Notes: generated by a model not told the origin, from the sequence alone. DNA of 64,000 nucleotides from Burkholderiales bacterium (GCA_035632415.1 DASQGW010000187.1:246-64245), one strand, 5' to 3'. Shown: positions 46,496 to 55,619, counted from the first letter of the stretch. Program-made: numbers and translations.

Positions 46496-47131
46496 GTGAA
46501 GGACCGTTCCGCCGAGGTGTTGCCGCCGCCGCTTCTCGAGGCTGTCGCCAAGGGCGCCATGGTGCGTCCCTTCCCGAAGAACGCGATCATCGTCAGCGAG
46601 GGAGATGAGACCGATTCCCTCTATGTGATCCTCAGCGGCCGTGCCCGGGTGTATGTATCGAGCCCTCAAGGTCGCGAGGTCCAGCTCAACATGATCGGTC
46701 CGGGCGAATACTTCGGCGAGGTGACGCTCGACGGGGGGCCGCGCTCGGCGTCGGTGATGGCGACAGAGGATTCCAAGTGCGCGGTGATCAAGCGCACCGA
46801 GCTCCTCACCCTGGTCGAAAAGGAACCGCAGTTCGCGCTTCATATGGTGCGCAAGCTCGCAAGCCGCGTGCGCGACCTGACCGAGAACGTGCGCAGCCTC
46901 GCGCTGATGGATGTCTATGGGCGCGTGGCGCGGCTGCTCCTCGACCTGGCGGAGGAGCGCGATGGCCGCCTCGTCGTGGACGAGCCGCTCACGCACAAGG
47001 ACATTGCCTCCCGTGTCGGGGCCTCGCGCGAGATGATCAGCCGGATCTTCTCCGACCTCACCCAGGGCGGGTACGTCGGCAAGGAGAGCGGCAAGCTGGT
47101 CATCATGCGGAAACCTCCGCCGCGCTGGTAA
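46496..47131 (+). CDS. Crp/Fnr-family cyclic-nucleotide-binding transcriptional regulator
   Basis: cNMP domain with phosphate-binding cassette FGEVTLDGGPRSASV (G-E...R-S-A). C-terminal HTH THKDIASRVGASREMISRIFSDL. GTG start with no obvious SD; an alternative ATG 21 codons downstream would truncate the domain. Confidence 0.85.
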   Translation: MKDRSAEVLPPPLLEAVAKGAMVRPFPKNAIIVSEGDETDSLYVILSGRARVYVSSPQGREVQLNMIGPGEYFGEVTLDGGPRSASVMATEDSKCAVIKRTELLTLVEKEPQFALHMVRKLASRVRDLTENVRSLALMDVYGRVARLLLDLAEERDGRLVVDEPLTHKDIASRVGASREMISRIFSDLTQGGYVGKESGKLVIMRKPPPRW

Positions 47132-47138
47132 TTGACGG

Positions 47139-47151
47139 GTGAATTAGTCAC
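47139..47151. promoter_or_regulatory. 13-bp palindrome GTGAATTAGTCAC downstream of the Crp-like gene (candidate operator)
   Basis: GTGA-N5-TCAC, 8 nt after the crp-like stop and upstream of the next plus-strand small ORFs. Confidence 0.3.
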
Positions 47152-47210
47152 AACCGGGTAGCGCACGAGTTACTCGGTGCTCCGCGGTGCGCCGCGTAGC
47201 TTGTGCGCCC

Positions 47211-47555
47211 ATGGACCGCCTCGAAGACCTGCTGCGCCGCATCCGCGATCCGCGTGAGTGCACCGAACTCCTCCTCGATGCGCCCCGCGCCGGCGCGCGC
47301 GGCGTGGCGCGCCAGCTCGCCGCGGTCCTTTCTTCTTTACCTGCCGTGCATCGTGAGCTGGGTACGGAACCCGGCCGCCTGGCGGCGGTGGGAGCGCTCG
47401 TGCGTCATGTCGGCGGGCTGGAGCTCCTGCTCCTCAGCCTGGCCGAGCAACAAAGGAAGGAGTCGCGTCATGGATTTCTGGGTCGGGGGGCTCGTGGCCG
47501 TCGTCCAGCTCGTGCTCGCGGGGTTCGTGATGTGGGGCGGCTGGCTGTGCCTTAG
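47211..47555 (+). CDS. candidate hypothetical helical protein (uncertain 3' end)
   Basis: MDRLEDLLRRIRDPRECTELLLDAP... has high GC3 for about 85 codons. GC3 then collapses where the next ORF (frame +1) begins. Confidence 0.25.
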   Translation: MDRLEDLLRRIRDPRECTELLLDAPRAGARGVARQLAAVLSSLPAVHRELGTEPGRLAAVGALVRHVGGLELLLLSLAEQQRKESRHGFLGRGARGRRPARARGVRDVGRLAVP

Positions 47556-47685
47556 CACCTGGCTGAGGGGAGATGCCCCTGAAACGGGCGCCGCGGCTTC
47601 GATGCCGAAGCCGCAAACTTTCGAGCGGGTAGCTACTCTGGTGCTGCTCGCTCTCTTGTGCAGCACGTACGCCGGGCTGCTATGA
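47470..47685 (+). CDS. candidate small two-TM membrane protein (71 aa)
   Basis: ATG 47470 is preceded by AAGGAAGGAG. Sequence: MDFWVGGLVAVVQLVLAGFVMWGGWLCL...VATLVLLALLCSTYAGLL. Confidence 0.4.
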   Translation: MDFWVGGLVAVVQLVLAGFVMWGGWLCLSTWLRGDAPETGAAASMPKPQTFERVATLVLLALLCSTYAGLL

Positions 47686-47704
47686 ACTCCGTCCGGCGTG
47701 CTCT

Positions 47705-48790
47705 TCAGTGGCGAAGCTTCTTCAGGCGAAAAGCGGCAACCGGCTGGGCGAACCCTCGGAGGGTGAGCGGACCGACCTGATCGGTGTCCGCCAGGTGCGC
47801 GACGTCATGCTCGGCCTGGGCATCGAGGATGATCTCGCCGGCACGCGCGGCCCCGCATAACCGCGCCGCCAGGTTCGGCACGTTGCCGATCGCGGCGTAT
47901 TCCCAGCGCTGCTCGAAGCCGATGACGCCGAGCGTGGCTTCGCCCTGCGCGATGCCGATGCCGAGGCCGACGTCGTGGCCGAGCTTCGCCCACGCCTGCG
48001 AGATCGGCGTGAAGGCCTCCTGCAGCGAGAGCGACATGCGTACCGCGCGCTCCGCGGGCCGGTCGATCGGCAGCGGATCGCTGAAGAAGATCATGACGCC
48101 GTCGCCTGCGAAGTGCTCGAGCGTGCCGCCGTATTCGTCGACCGTGCGGCCGAGCGTCACGTGATACGTGCGCAGGAGATCCATCACCTCGTCCGGATCG
48201 GCGCGGTCGGTGAAGGCGGTGAAGCCGCGCAGGTCGAGGAACACTGCGGTGATCTCGCGCCGGTGCGGCTCGAGGATCTCCTCGCCGCCCGCAACGATGG
48301 CCTCGGCGACCGGCTTGGAGAAGAAACGCTTCAACCTGGAAAGGCGCTCGAGCTGCGCCACCTGGTCGCGCACGCGTTCGGCGAGCTTCTCGTTCAAATC
48401 TTTTAGCTCGTCCTGCAGCGCCTTCACGCGGAGCAGCGATCGCACTCGCGCGAAGAGCTCTTCCCAATTGATCGGCTTGGAAAGGAAATCGTCCGCACCG
48501 GCTTCCAGGCCCTTGATGCGCTCGCCTTGCGCATCGAGCGACGTGACGAGGATCACCGGCAGGAGCGCCGTTTCCGGCGCGGCGCGCAGGCGCCGGCAAA
48601 GGTCGTAGCCGTCGACCCCGGGCATCAGGATGTCCGAGACCACGAGATCCGGATGCACCTCGCGCACCAGCTCGAGCGCCTGCTGGCCATCGAGTGCGGT
48701 GTGGACCGCATAGCCGCGCGCCTTCAGCACGCCGGCGAGCATCTCGACGTTCGAGCGCTGATCGTCGACGATCAGGATGCGCGCCGCCAT
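47705..48790 (-). CDS. response-regulator receiver fused to a class III nucleotidyl cyclase (paralog of 41751..42776)
   Basis: REC: ILIVDDQRSNV, DLVVSDILMPGVDG, DDFLSKP. Cyclase: VFLDLRGFT, HFAGDGVMIFF, IGNVPNLAARL. Confidence 0.9.
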   Translation of the reverse strand: MAARILIVDDQRSNVEMLAGVLKARGYAVHTALDGQQALELVREVHPDLVVSDILMPGVDGYDLCRRLRAAPETALLPVILVTSLDAQGERIKGLEAGADDFLSKPINWEELFARVRSLLRVKALQDELKDLNEKLAERVRDQVAQLERLSRLKRFFSKPVAEAIVAGGEEILEPHRREITAVFLDLRGFTAFTDRADPDEVMDLLRTYHVTLGRTVDEYGGTLEHFAGDGVMIFFSDPLPIDRPAERAVRMSLSLQEAFTPISQAWAKLGHDVGLGIGIAQGEATLGVIGFEQRWEYAAIGNVPNLAARLCGAARAGEIILDAQAEHDVAHLADTDQVGPLTLRGFAQPVAAFRLKKLRH

Positions 48791-48806
48791 TACCTGGGAA
48801 ACCGCC

Positions 48807-49910
48807 TCAAAAGACGATCACGCCGCGGGCGTTGCGGCCGGACTCCAGATCGGTAAACGCCTGCGCCGCCTCGGCGACGTTGTAGCGCCGGGTGATGAGC
48901 TCTTCGAGCTTCAGCTCGCCCTTCATGTAGAGCCCAAGCATGCGAGGGAAATCCACTCGCGGCACGCAGGAGCCGAAGTAGCTGCCGGTGATGGTCTTCT
49001 CTTCGAAGGGCAGCGTCATCGTACGGAGCGACGTCGAATCGCCCGGCTTCGCCACGCCCACCACGACCGCGAGCCCGCCGCGGCGGATCGCGCGATAGGC
49101 TGTGGCGGCGAGCTCGCCCGAGCCGACGCATTCGAAAGCGTAGTCGGGACCGCCGCCGGTGAGCTTCTTCAGCGCCTTGGTCGGATCTTCCTTGGCGGCG
49201 AGCAGCACGTCGGTGGCACCGAATCGCTTGGCCATCGCGAGCTTGGGCTCGAGCGTGTCGATGGCGATGATGCGCTCCGCGCCGGCGATGCGCGCACCCT
49301 GGATCACCGAAAGCCCGACGCCGCCGCAGCCGAAGACTGCGACGCTCGAGCCCGGTTGCACCTTGGCGGTGTTGAATACGGCGCCGACGCCGGTCGTCAC
49401 GCCGCAGCCGACGAGCGCGGCGACCTCGAACGGGATCTTCGGGTCGACCTTGACCAGGTTCTCGGCCGAGACCGTGGCGTATTCGGCCATCGCGCCGCAG
49501 CCCGAGAAGATGTTCAGCGGCTGTCCTTTGGCATCGCGCACGCGCGGCGTGCCCTCGAGGGGCGTGGTGAGCGCCTTGCCCTGCTCCAGGCACAGCACCG
49601 GACGGCCCGAGACGCAGAAGCGGCATTTCCCGCACATGTAGATGAAGGAGAAGATGACGTGATCGCCTTTGGCGAACTCGGCGACGCCTTCGCCCACCTC
49701 TTCCACCACGCCCGCCCCTTCGTGCCCGAGCACGAGAGGCAGCGGCAGCGCGATCGTGCCGGTGATCGCGGAGAGGTCCGAATGGCACACGCCGCAGGCG
49801 CCGAGGCGCACGAGCACCTCGCCGCGTTTCGGCGCGTCGACGGTGATTTCTTCGACCAGGACCGGCTTATTGTGCTCGCGGCAGAGAACCGCTTTCGCTT
49901 TGCGTGCCAT
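48807..49910 (-). CDS. zinc-dependent alcohol dehydrogenase (class III/mycothiol-type-like)
   Basis: Start MARKAKAVLCREHNKPV. Motifs: GACGVCHSD, GHEGAGVVEEVG, CGKCRFC, VFGCGGVGLS. The upstream part of the track ORF is shadow. Confidence 0.9.
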   Translation of the reverse strand: MARKAKAVLCREHNKPVLVEEITVDAPKRGEVLVRLGACGVCHSDLSAITGTIALPLPLVLGHEGAGVVEEVGEGVAEFAKGDHVIFSFIYMCGKCRFCVSGRPVLCLEQGKALTTPLEGTPRVRDAKGQPLNIFSGCGAMAEYATVSAENLVKVDPKIPFEVAALVGCGVTTGVGAVFNTAKVQPGSSVAVFGCGGVGLSVIQGARIAGAERIIAIDTLEPKLAMAKRFGATDVLLAAKEDPTKALKKLTGGGPDYAFECVGSGELAATAYRAIRRGGLAVVVGVAKPGDSTSLRTMTLPFEEKTITGSYFGSCVPRVDFPRMLGLYMKGELKLEELITRRYNVAEAAQAFTDLESGRNARGVIVF

Positions 49911-49961
49911 AGCGCGGCCAGTATAGCTGGATAAAATATTCGCTCCTGCTCGGAGACCCCC

Positions 49962-51389
49962 ATGTTGATGAAAGACAAACTGTTCATCGGCGGCCAATGG
50001 ATCGCGCCCGCCGGCCGCGAAACGATCGACGTGCATAACGCGGGCAACGGCGAGGTCATGGGGCGTATTCCCGCCGCGGGCGAGAAGGAAGTGGACGCTG
50101 CGGTGCGCGCGGCGCGCAGCGCCTTCGACGCATGGGCGGCGACGCCGCCGGCGACGCGCGCCGACTACCTGCAGAAGATCTCCGACGGCCTGAAAGCGCG
50201 CTCCGACGAGCTCGCGAAGACGATCGCCCAGGAAGTGGGCATGCCGCTCAAGATGGCGGGCCGCATCCAGGCAGGGCTGCCGATCGCGAACTTTGCCAAC
50301 TACGCGAAACTCGTGCGCGAGTTCCAGTGGGAGCAGAAAGTCGGCAATTCGCTCGTCGTGCGCGAGCCGGTCGGCGTCGTCGCGGCGATCACGCCGTGGA
50401 ACTATCCGCTGCACCAGATCACGCTCAAGCTCGCCCCGGCGCTCGGCGCCGGCTGCACGGTGGTGCTCAAGCCCTCCGAGGTGGCGCCGTTCAACGCGTT
50501 CATCCTCGCCGAGGTGATCGAGCAGGCCGGCCTGCCGAAAGGCGTCTTCAATCTCGTGACGGGCTACGGGGCGAGCGCGGGCGAAGCGCTGGTCAAGCAT
50601 GCCGGCGTCGACATGATTTCATTCACGGGCTCGACCCGCGCAGGCAAGCGCATTTCAGAACTGGCTTCGCAGTCAATCAAGCGCGTGGCGCTGGAGCTCG
50701 GCGGCAAGAGCGCCTCGGTCATCCTCGACGATGCGGACCTGCCGACCGCGGTGAAGAGCACGGTCAACGGCTGCTATCTCAACTCGGGGCAGACGTGCAC
50801 CGCGCTCACGCGAATGCTGGTGCCCGCGTCGAAGTACGACGAAGCGGCGAAGCTCGCTGCCGACGTCGCCAAAGGCTTTACCGTGGGCGATCCACTGGCC
50901 GAGACGACCAAGCTCGGGCCGCTCAGCTCCCAGGCGCAGCTCGAGCGGGTGCGCTCGTACATCAAGAAAGGCCAGGCCGAAGGCGCCGAGCTCGTCGCGG
51001 GCGGCGCCGAGGCGCCGGAGGGCGTGCCGCAGGGCGGCTACTACGTCCGCCCCACGGTGTTTGGCAAGGTCAAGAACAGCATGACCATCGCCCAGGAAGA
51101 GATTTTTGGGCCGGTGCTTTCCATCATTCCCTACGGCGACGAGGACGAGGCGGTGCGCATCGCGAACGACACCGTCTATGGCCTCGCCGGCGCGGTATGG
51201 TCGAAGGACGAGGCCCGCGCGCAGCGCGTCGCGCGCCGCATTCGCGCCGGCCAGATCGACATCAACGGCGGCGCCTTCAACATGAATGCGCCGTTCGGCG
51301 GCTTCAAGCAGTCGGGCCATGGGCGCGAGGCGGGCGTCTACGGGCTGGAGGAATTCCTGGAGTACAAGTCGCTACAGCTCAAAGGATGA
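49962..51389 (+). CDS. NAD(P)-dependent aldehyde dehydrogenase
   Basis: Motifs: [31 protein letters not shown] (catalytic Cys), [18 protein letters not shown]. Confidence 0.9.
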   Translation: MLMKDKLFIGGQWIAPAGRETIDVHNAGNGEVMGRIPAAGEKEVDAAVRAARSAFDAWAATPPATRADYLQKISDGLKARSDELAKTIAQEVGMPLKMAGRIQAGLPIANFANYAKLVREFQWEQKVGNSLVVREPVGVVAAITPWNYPLHQITLKLAPALGAGCTVVLKPSEVAPFNAFILAEVIEQAGLPKGVFNLVTGYGASAGEALVKHAGVDMISFTGSTRAGKRISELASQSIKRVALELGGKSASVILDDADLPTAVKSTVNGCYLNSGQTCTALTRMLVPASKYDEAAKLAADVAKGFTVGDPLAETTKLGPLSSQAQLERVRSYIKKGQAEGAELVAGGAEAPEGVPQGGYYVRPTVFGKVKNSMTIAQEEIFGPVLSIIPYGDEDEAVRIANDTVYGLAGAVWSKDEARAQRVARRIRAGQIDINGGAFNMNAPFGGFKQSGHGREAGVYGLEEFLEYKSLQLKG

Positions 51390-53039
51390 ATGCGCCAGCT
51401 TGAGCGGCGGCTGAGGCTCGCCACGGGCCTCATCATTGCCTGCTTCGTCGTCGGGCATTTCCTGAATCACTCGCTCGGCGTCGTGTCGATCGACGCCATG
51501 GACCGGTTGCGCGCGGTGCTCGCGGCATGGTGGCGCAGCGCGCCGGGCACCGTCCTCCTGTATGGCTCGCTGCTCACTCATTTCGCGCTGGCGCTCGTCT
51601 CGCTCTACCGTAGGACGACGCTGCGCATGCCGGCCTGGGAAGCAACCCAGCTCGTCCTCGGCCTCGCGATTCCACCGCTTCTCATCGCGCACATCGTCGG
51701 AACGCGGTTCTACTGGCTGCTCCTCGGGCACAACATCAACTACGAGCGCATGGTCGGCGTGCTGTGGTCGGACCCATGGTCGGCCGCGCGGCAGTCGATC
51801 CTGCTTCTCATCGCCTGGACGCATTTCTGCTTCGGCATGCATTACTGGCTGCGATTGAAGCGCTGGTACGAGACGGCGCTGCCTTCGCTCTTCGCCGCGG
51901 CGCTGTTAATCCCGGCGCTCGCGCTCGCCGGCTTTGCCGCCGCCGGCAACGAGCTCTGGCCGGCGGTGGAGCGCGTGGGCGGCATGCAGAAATACAACCT
52001 CGACCTCGCCGGCATGAAGCCGATCGAGCGCGAGCGGATGCTCGAGTGGCGCCAGGGGCTCGAGCTCGCGTTCTGGGCGCTCCTCGGCGCGACGCTCCTC
52101 GCTCGCTGGCTGCGCACGCGCATCGGCGGCACCTATGAGCTGCGCCACGCCTCGGGGCGCGTGATCACCGCGCCGATCGGCCGCAGCATCCTGGAGGCGG
52201 TGCGCGACGCGGGGCTGCCGCATGCTTCGGTATGCGGCGGCCGGGCCCGCTGCACGACCTGCCGCGTGCGCATTGGCGACGGTCTTGCGGCGCTCGCGCC
52301 GCCGGCCGCGATGGAAGCACAGGCGCTCGCGCGCATCGAGGCCCCGCCGAACGTGCGGCTCGCCTGCCAGACGCGGCCGCGCCACGACGTCTCGGTCATT
52401 CCGCTCCTGCCTCCAGGCGCCGACGCAACCGCGGCGCGTCGGCCGGGCACGGCGCGCGAACGCGAACGCCAGGTGGTGGCGATGTTCGTCGACCTGCGCG
52501 GCTCGACGCGCATCGCCGAATCGCGCCTGCCCTACGACGTCGTCTTCATCATGAACCAGTTCTTCGCCGAGATGTATGCGGCGCTGCGCGCGACGAACGG
52601 CTACTACGCCCAGTTCCGAGGCGATGGCCTGCTCGCGCTGTACGGGCTGGAAGGCGACCTCGCCTCGGCGTGCCGCGACGCGATGCGCGGCGCCGCCGAG
52701 ATGCAACGCCGCATCGAGCGGCTCTCGAAGAGCCTCAGCGCGGAGCTCGCCGAGCCGCTCAAGATCGGCATCGGCGCGCACGCCGGCGTGGCGATCGTCG
52801 GCACCATGGGCCCGCCGGAGGCGCCGATCTACTCGGCGATCGGCGACAACGTCAACATCGCCGCGCGCTTCGAGGGTATGACCAAGGCATACGGCTGCGT
52901 CATGGTGGTCTCCGCCGACACGCTTGCGCAGGCAGGACTCGATCCCCGCGGCGCGCCGGTGCATCGGGTAAGAGTGCGCGGCCGCAACGAGCGGGTGACC
53001 GTCTACGCCGTCGCCGATCCCCGCCAGCTCTTTAATTAA
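51390..53039 (+). CDS. membrane-anchored 2Fe-2S ferredoxin-domain class III nucleotidyl cyclase
   Basis: About 230 aa with 4-5 hydrophobic helices. Ferredoxin motif CGGRARCTTCRV...LACQ. Cyclase motifs MFVDLRGST, QFRGDGLLALY, IGDNVNIAARF. ATG immediately follows the ALDH stop (TGAATG). Confidence 0.85.
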   Translation: MRQLERRLRLATGLIIACFVVGHFLNHSLGVVSIDAMDRLRAVLAAWWRSAPGTVLLYGSLLTHFALALVSLYRRTTLRMPAWEATQLVLGLAIPPLLIAHIVGTRFYWLLLGHNINYERMVGVLWSDPWSAARQSILLLIAWTHFCFGMHYWLRLKRWYETALPSLFAAALLIPALALAGFAAAGNELWPAVERVGGMQKYNLDLAGMKPIERERMLEWRQGLELAFWALLGATLLARWLRTRIGGTYELRHASGRVITAPIGRSILEAVRDAGLPHASVCGGRARCTTCRVRIGDGLAALAPPAAMEAQALARIEAPPNVRLACQTRPRHDVSVIPLLPPGADATAARRPGTARERERQVVAMFVDLRGSTRIAESRLPYDVVFIMNQFFAEMYAALRATNGYYAQFRGDGLLALYGLEGDLASACRDAMRGAAEMQRRIERLSKSLSAELAEPLKIGIGAHAGVAIVGTMGPPEAPIYSAIGDNVNIAARFEGMTKAYGCVMVVSADTLAQAGLDPRGAPVHRVRVRGRNERVTVYAVADPRQLFN

Positions 53040-53057
53040 GGACGTTGTCCGGAATTA
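53034..53057. repeat. 24-nt AT-rich imperfect palindrome, copy B (exact reverse complement of 31028..31051)
   Basis: AATTAAGGACGTTGTCCGGAATTA. It contains the stop codons of both convergent flanking genes (TAA 53037-39, and TTA 53055-57 on the minus strand). Confidence 0.9.
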
Positions 53058-54557
53058 CCGGGGACCTTCGCGGTACGGGCGGCCGGCGGCGTAGAGCGCG
53101 AGGCGATCGCGGGCTTCTTTGCCGAAGCGCTTGTCGAACTCCGGCGAGTCGAGAGCCTTTTGCTGCAAGCGGATCGCCTCTGCGAATTCGCCGGCCTCGG
53201 CGTGCGCCGCCGCAAGCGTGTCGACGAAGTTGGGCTCCTGGTAGCGCGTGAGCTCGCACGCGGTCAACGCGAGCTCCTTCGCGCGCGGCGCGTTGCGCAG
53301 CGCGTCCTGGGTCGACGTGGCGAGGATCCAGGCGAGCGTGTTGTAGACCTCGGCGTCGCGGCTGCCGGAGGCAAGCGCCCGGTCGAGATCCTCCACGGCC
53401 GCCTGGTGCGCGCCGATCGCGCTGTAGAGCTCGCCGCGGGTCGCATAGGCGGTGGCGAGCTCGGGGCCGGAGAGCTTTCCGGCGACGATCGCGCTCGAGC
53501 AGGCCGCAAGGCGGCGCTCGAACGCGAGGCCGCGCGAGGCGCAGCGATCGAAGTCGGTCTCCGCCGCGAGCGCGCGCTCGATGCGCGCCGCCGTCACCGG
53601 ATGCGTGGAGAAATAATCCTGCGTTTTGCCGCTGGCGGCCGGCGGATGGCTGCGCTCCAGCAGCGTCAGCATGTCGGCGAAGGCGCGCGGCGAGATGCCC
53701 GCTTGCCGCATGCGCTGCAGGGCAAAGGCGTCGGCCTCGTCTTCGAACTTGCGCGAATAGCCCGTCTGGAGAAGCACGCTGGGGAGCGCGACCGCGAGGC
53801 TCGTGATCGAGCTCGCGTCGCCGGCGAGCGTCGTGACGAGCCCGAGCACACCTGCGCCTTGCAGCGCGGTGCGCAAGCCGTGCCGCGCGCGCAAGTGCCC
53901 CATCTCATGCGCCAGCACCGCGGCGATCTGGTCGTCGTTTTGCGCGAGCCTCACCAGCTCGTCGGTCATGACGATCGTGCCGCCGGGAAGGGCGAAGGCA
54001 TTCGGGCCGATGCGAGGACAGGCGCGGAGCTCGAGCCGGTATGCGTGATTATCGGCGAGGGCTTCGAGGCGCCGACGCAGCGCGGCCTGGCGGCGCGCCT
54101 CGACCGTACTGGGACCGCAGCCCGTACTTTCGAGGATCTGGAGCGTGCGTGAGCCGAGCGCTGCTTCCGCCTCCGCGGGCACGGCCGCGGCGATGTACTC
54201 GGCGGCGAGCGGCACGCCATGGACGATCGCCCACCACGTGGCTATCGCGACCAGCACCAATGCCGCGACGGCGTAGGGCCAGCGGCGCTCGAAGGTGTGG
54301 ATGCGCGACTCAAGCAGCGCCGCCTCGGGAAACAGCATTCGCACCGCTGCATCGTCCGCCGTGCGAAGCTGCGCGCCGTCCGGCAGCCGCAGGATGCGCG
54401 GCGTGTCGGCGATCGGCGGCTCGACTTTCACGGCCTCGCGCGGAACTCGCACATCGACGCCTTCACCCGTGAGCGTGAGCTCGCTCGTGAAGGCGCGCAC
54501 CCGCACCGCCCTGCTCGCCGAGCTGCGGCCGTCGTAATAGAGCGCGTCGAATTCCAT
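53055..54557 (-). CDS. M48-family zinc metallopeptidase with N-terminal beta-rich/TM region and C-terminal TPR repeats
   Basis: Motifs: AVLAHEMGHLRARH (HExxH), FEDEADAFA. TPR-like C-terminus (AYATRGELYSAIG..., YNTLAWILAT...). Confidence 0.85.
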   Translation of the reverse strand: MEFDALYYDGRSSASRAVRVRAFTSELTLTGEGVDVRVPREAVKVEPPIADTPRILRLPDGAQLRTADDAAVRMLFPEAALLESRIHTFERRWPYAVAALVLVAIATWWAIVHGVPLAAEYIAAAVPAEAEAALGSRTLQILESTGCGPSTVEARRQAALRRRLEALADNHAYRLELRACPRIGPNAFALPGGTIVMTDELVRLAQNDDQIAAVLAHEMGHLRARHGLRTALQGAGVLGLVTTLAGDASSITSLAVALPSVLLQTGYSRKFEDEADAFALQRMRQAGISPRAFADMLTLLERSHPPAASGKTQDYFSTHPVTAARIERALAAETDFDRCASRGLAFERRLAACSSAIVAGKLSGPELATAYATRGELYSAIGAHQAAVEDLDRALASGSRDAEVYNTLAWILATSTQDALRNAPRAKELALTACELTRYQEPNFVDTLAAAHAEAGEFAEAIRLQQKALDSPEFDKRFGKEARDRLALYAAGRPYREGPR

Positions 54558-54560
54558 CCG

Positions 54561-55619
54561 CTAAATGCTGAAGTCGAGCCCGAACATCTCGCCCACTTCT
54601 TCGCCGCTCGCGCTCACTTCGGCCGAGCGCTCGGCGACGAACTGGTCGAGCCCGCCGGCGACGATCGCCGTCGTCTTCTCGGCGCGATAGCGCATAGTCC
54701 GCACCACGGCCCACGGCGTGGCAAGCCCGAGCGTGAAGACGATGGCGAGAATGTTCACGAGATAAAGCAAGGCGAGATCGCGCGCGCGCAGACCGCTCTC
54801 GAAGCGCACCGCGTTCTCGCCGATCGATAGATGGTTCCAGATGGCGTTCGCGAACCGCGCGCGCACGTAGGCGAAGCCAGAGAGGTAGAAGGCGAGGACG
54901 CCGAGCGGCATCACCAGGATGCCCGTGATGGCGCCGGCGGCGCGGGCATTCGCGCCGGACATGCCGACCAACAGGCCGATCAGCATGCCGCACAGGAAAA
55001 AGAGCACGACGAGCAGCAGGACGAGCCCCAGGAACCGCAGGTAGATCCCGTAGAAAGCGCGCGCCAGGCTGGGCAGCGCGCACTGCGCGGTGCCATAGCG
55101 GTGATGGTCGGCGGTGTACTTCGTCAGGCGCGCCTGCGCATACGGGTAGGCGAAACCGATGGTCACGATGACGAACGCGGCGAGCCACGCGAAGAGCTTG
55201 AGCGCGCCGAGGTATTCGCCGTCGAAATGGAAGCGGATGTTGCGATAGGCGGTGTTATGCGCGTTGAACGCAAATGAGCGCACGAGCAGCCATGGAAAAG
55301 CGATCGCGAAGGCGATGGCGACGACGATCTGCAGCGTCACGGAAACATGGCCGGCAGCGCCGTAGAGGACGAAGATGACGACAGCGATGACGCGACCCCT
55401 CAGGATCGCGACCGGATCGCCGCGGTACTCGAAGCCCTCTCCGGCGAGAAGCGTGCTCGCATAGAAGTAGCGCTTCTTGCGCACCTTGGCCCACGGCGAG
55501 TAGATGCCGAGGGTGAGAACGGTCAGCGCGAGGTTGACGATCCAGATGCGGAAGTACTCGCCCGCCCTCGCCGTGAATTCGACCCGATGGCGTTCCGACG
55601 ATCCAGGAACGGCAGCCAT
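54561..55619 (-). CDS. DUF898/YjgN-family polytopic membrane protein
   Basis: FTARAGEYFRIWIVNLALTVLTLGIYSPWAKVR, with a repeat of the same motif near the C-terminus (LVNILAIVFTLGLATPWAVVR). Confidence 0.8.
   Translation of the reverse strand: MAAVPGSSERHRVEFTARAGEYFRIWIVNLALTVLTLGIYSPWAKVRKKRYFYASTLLAGEGFEYRGDPVAILRGRVIAVVIFVLYGAAGHVSVTLQIVVAIAFAIAFPWLLVRSFAFNAHNTAYRNIRFHFDGEYLGALKLFAWLAAFVIVTIGFAYPYAQARLTKYTADHHRYGTAQCALPSLARAFYGIYLRFLGLVLLLVVLFFLCGMLIGLLVGMSGANARAAGAITGILVMPLGVLAFYLSGFAYVRARFANAIWNHLSIGENAVRFESGLRARDLALLYLVNILAIVFTLGLATPWAVVRTMRYRAEKTTAIVAGGLDQFVAERSAEVSASGEEVGEMFGLDFSI

Noticed and set aside
46471-46498. TTGACA at 46471-76 as the -35 box of a promoter giving a leaderless Crp-like mRNA.
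   Set aside because: The best -10 candidate at the correct spacing (TACGTG, overlapping the GTG start) matches TATAAT poorly. Without 5'-end data this remains speculation, and it is mentioned only inside the palindrome finding.
49932-49937. TAAAAT hexamer in the ADH/ALDH divergent spacer as a -10 box.
   Set aside because: It is plausible, but I could not find a convincing -35 partner at 16-18 nt on either strand. It is not reported as a feature.
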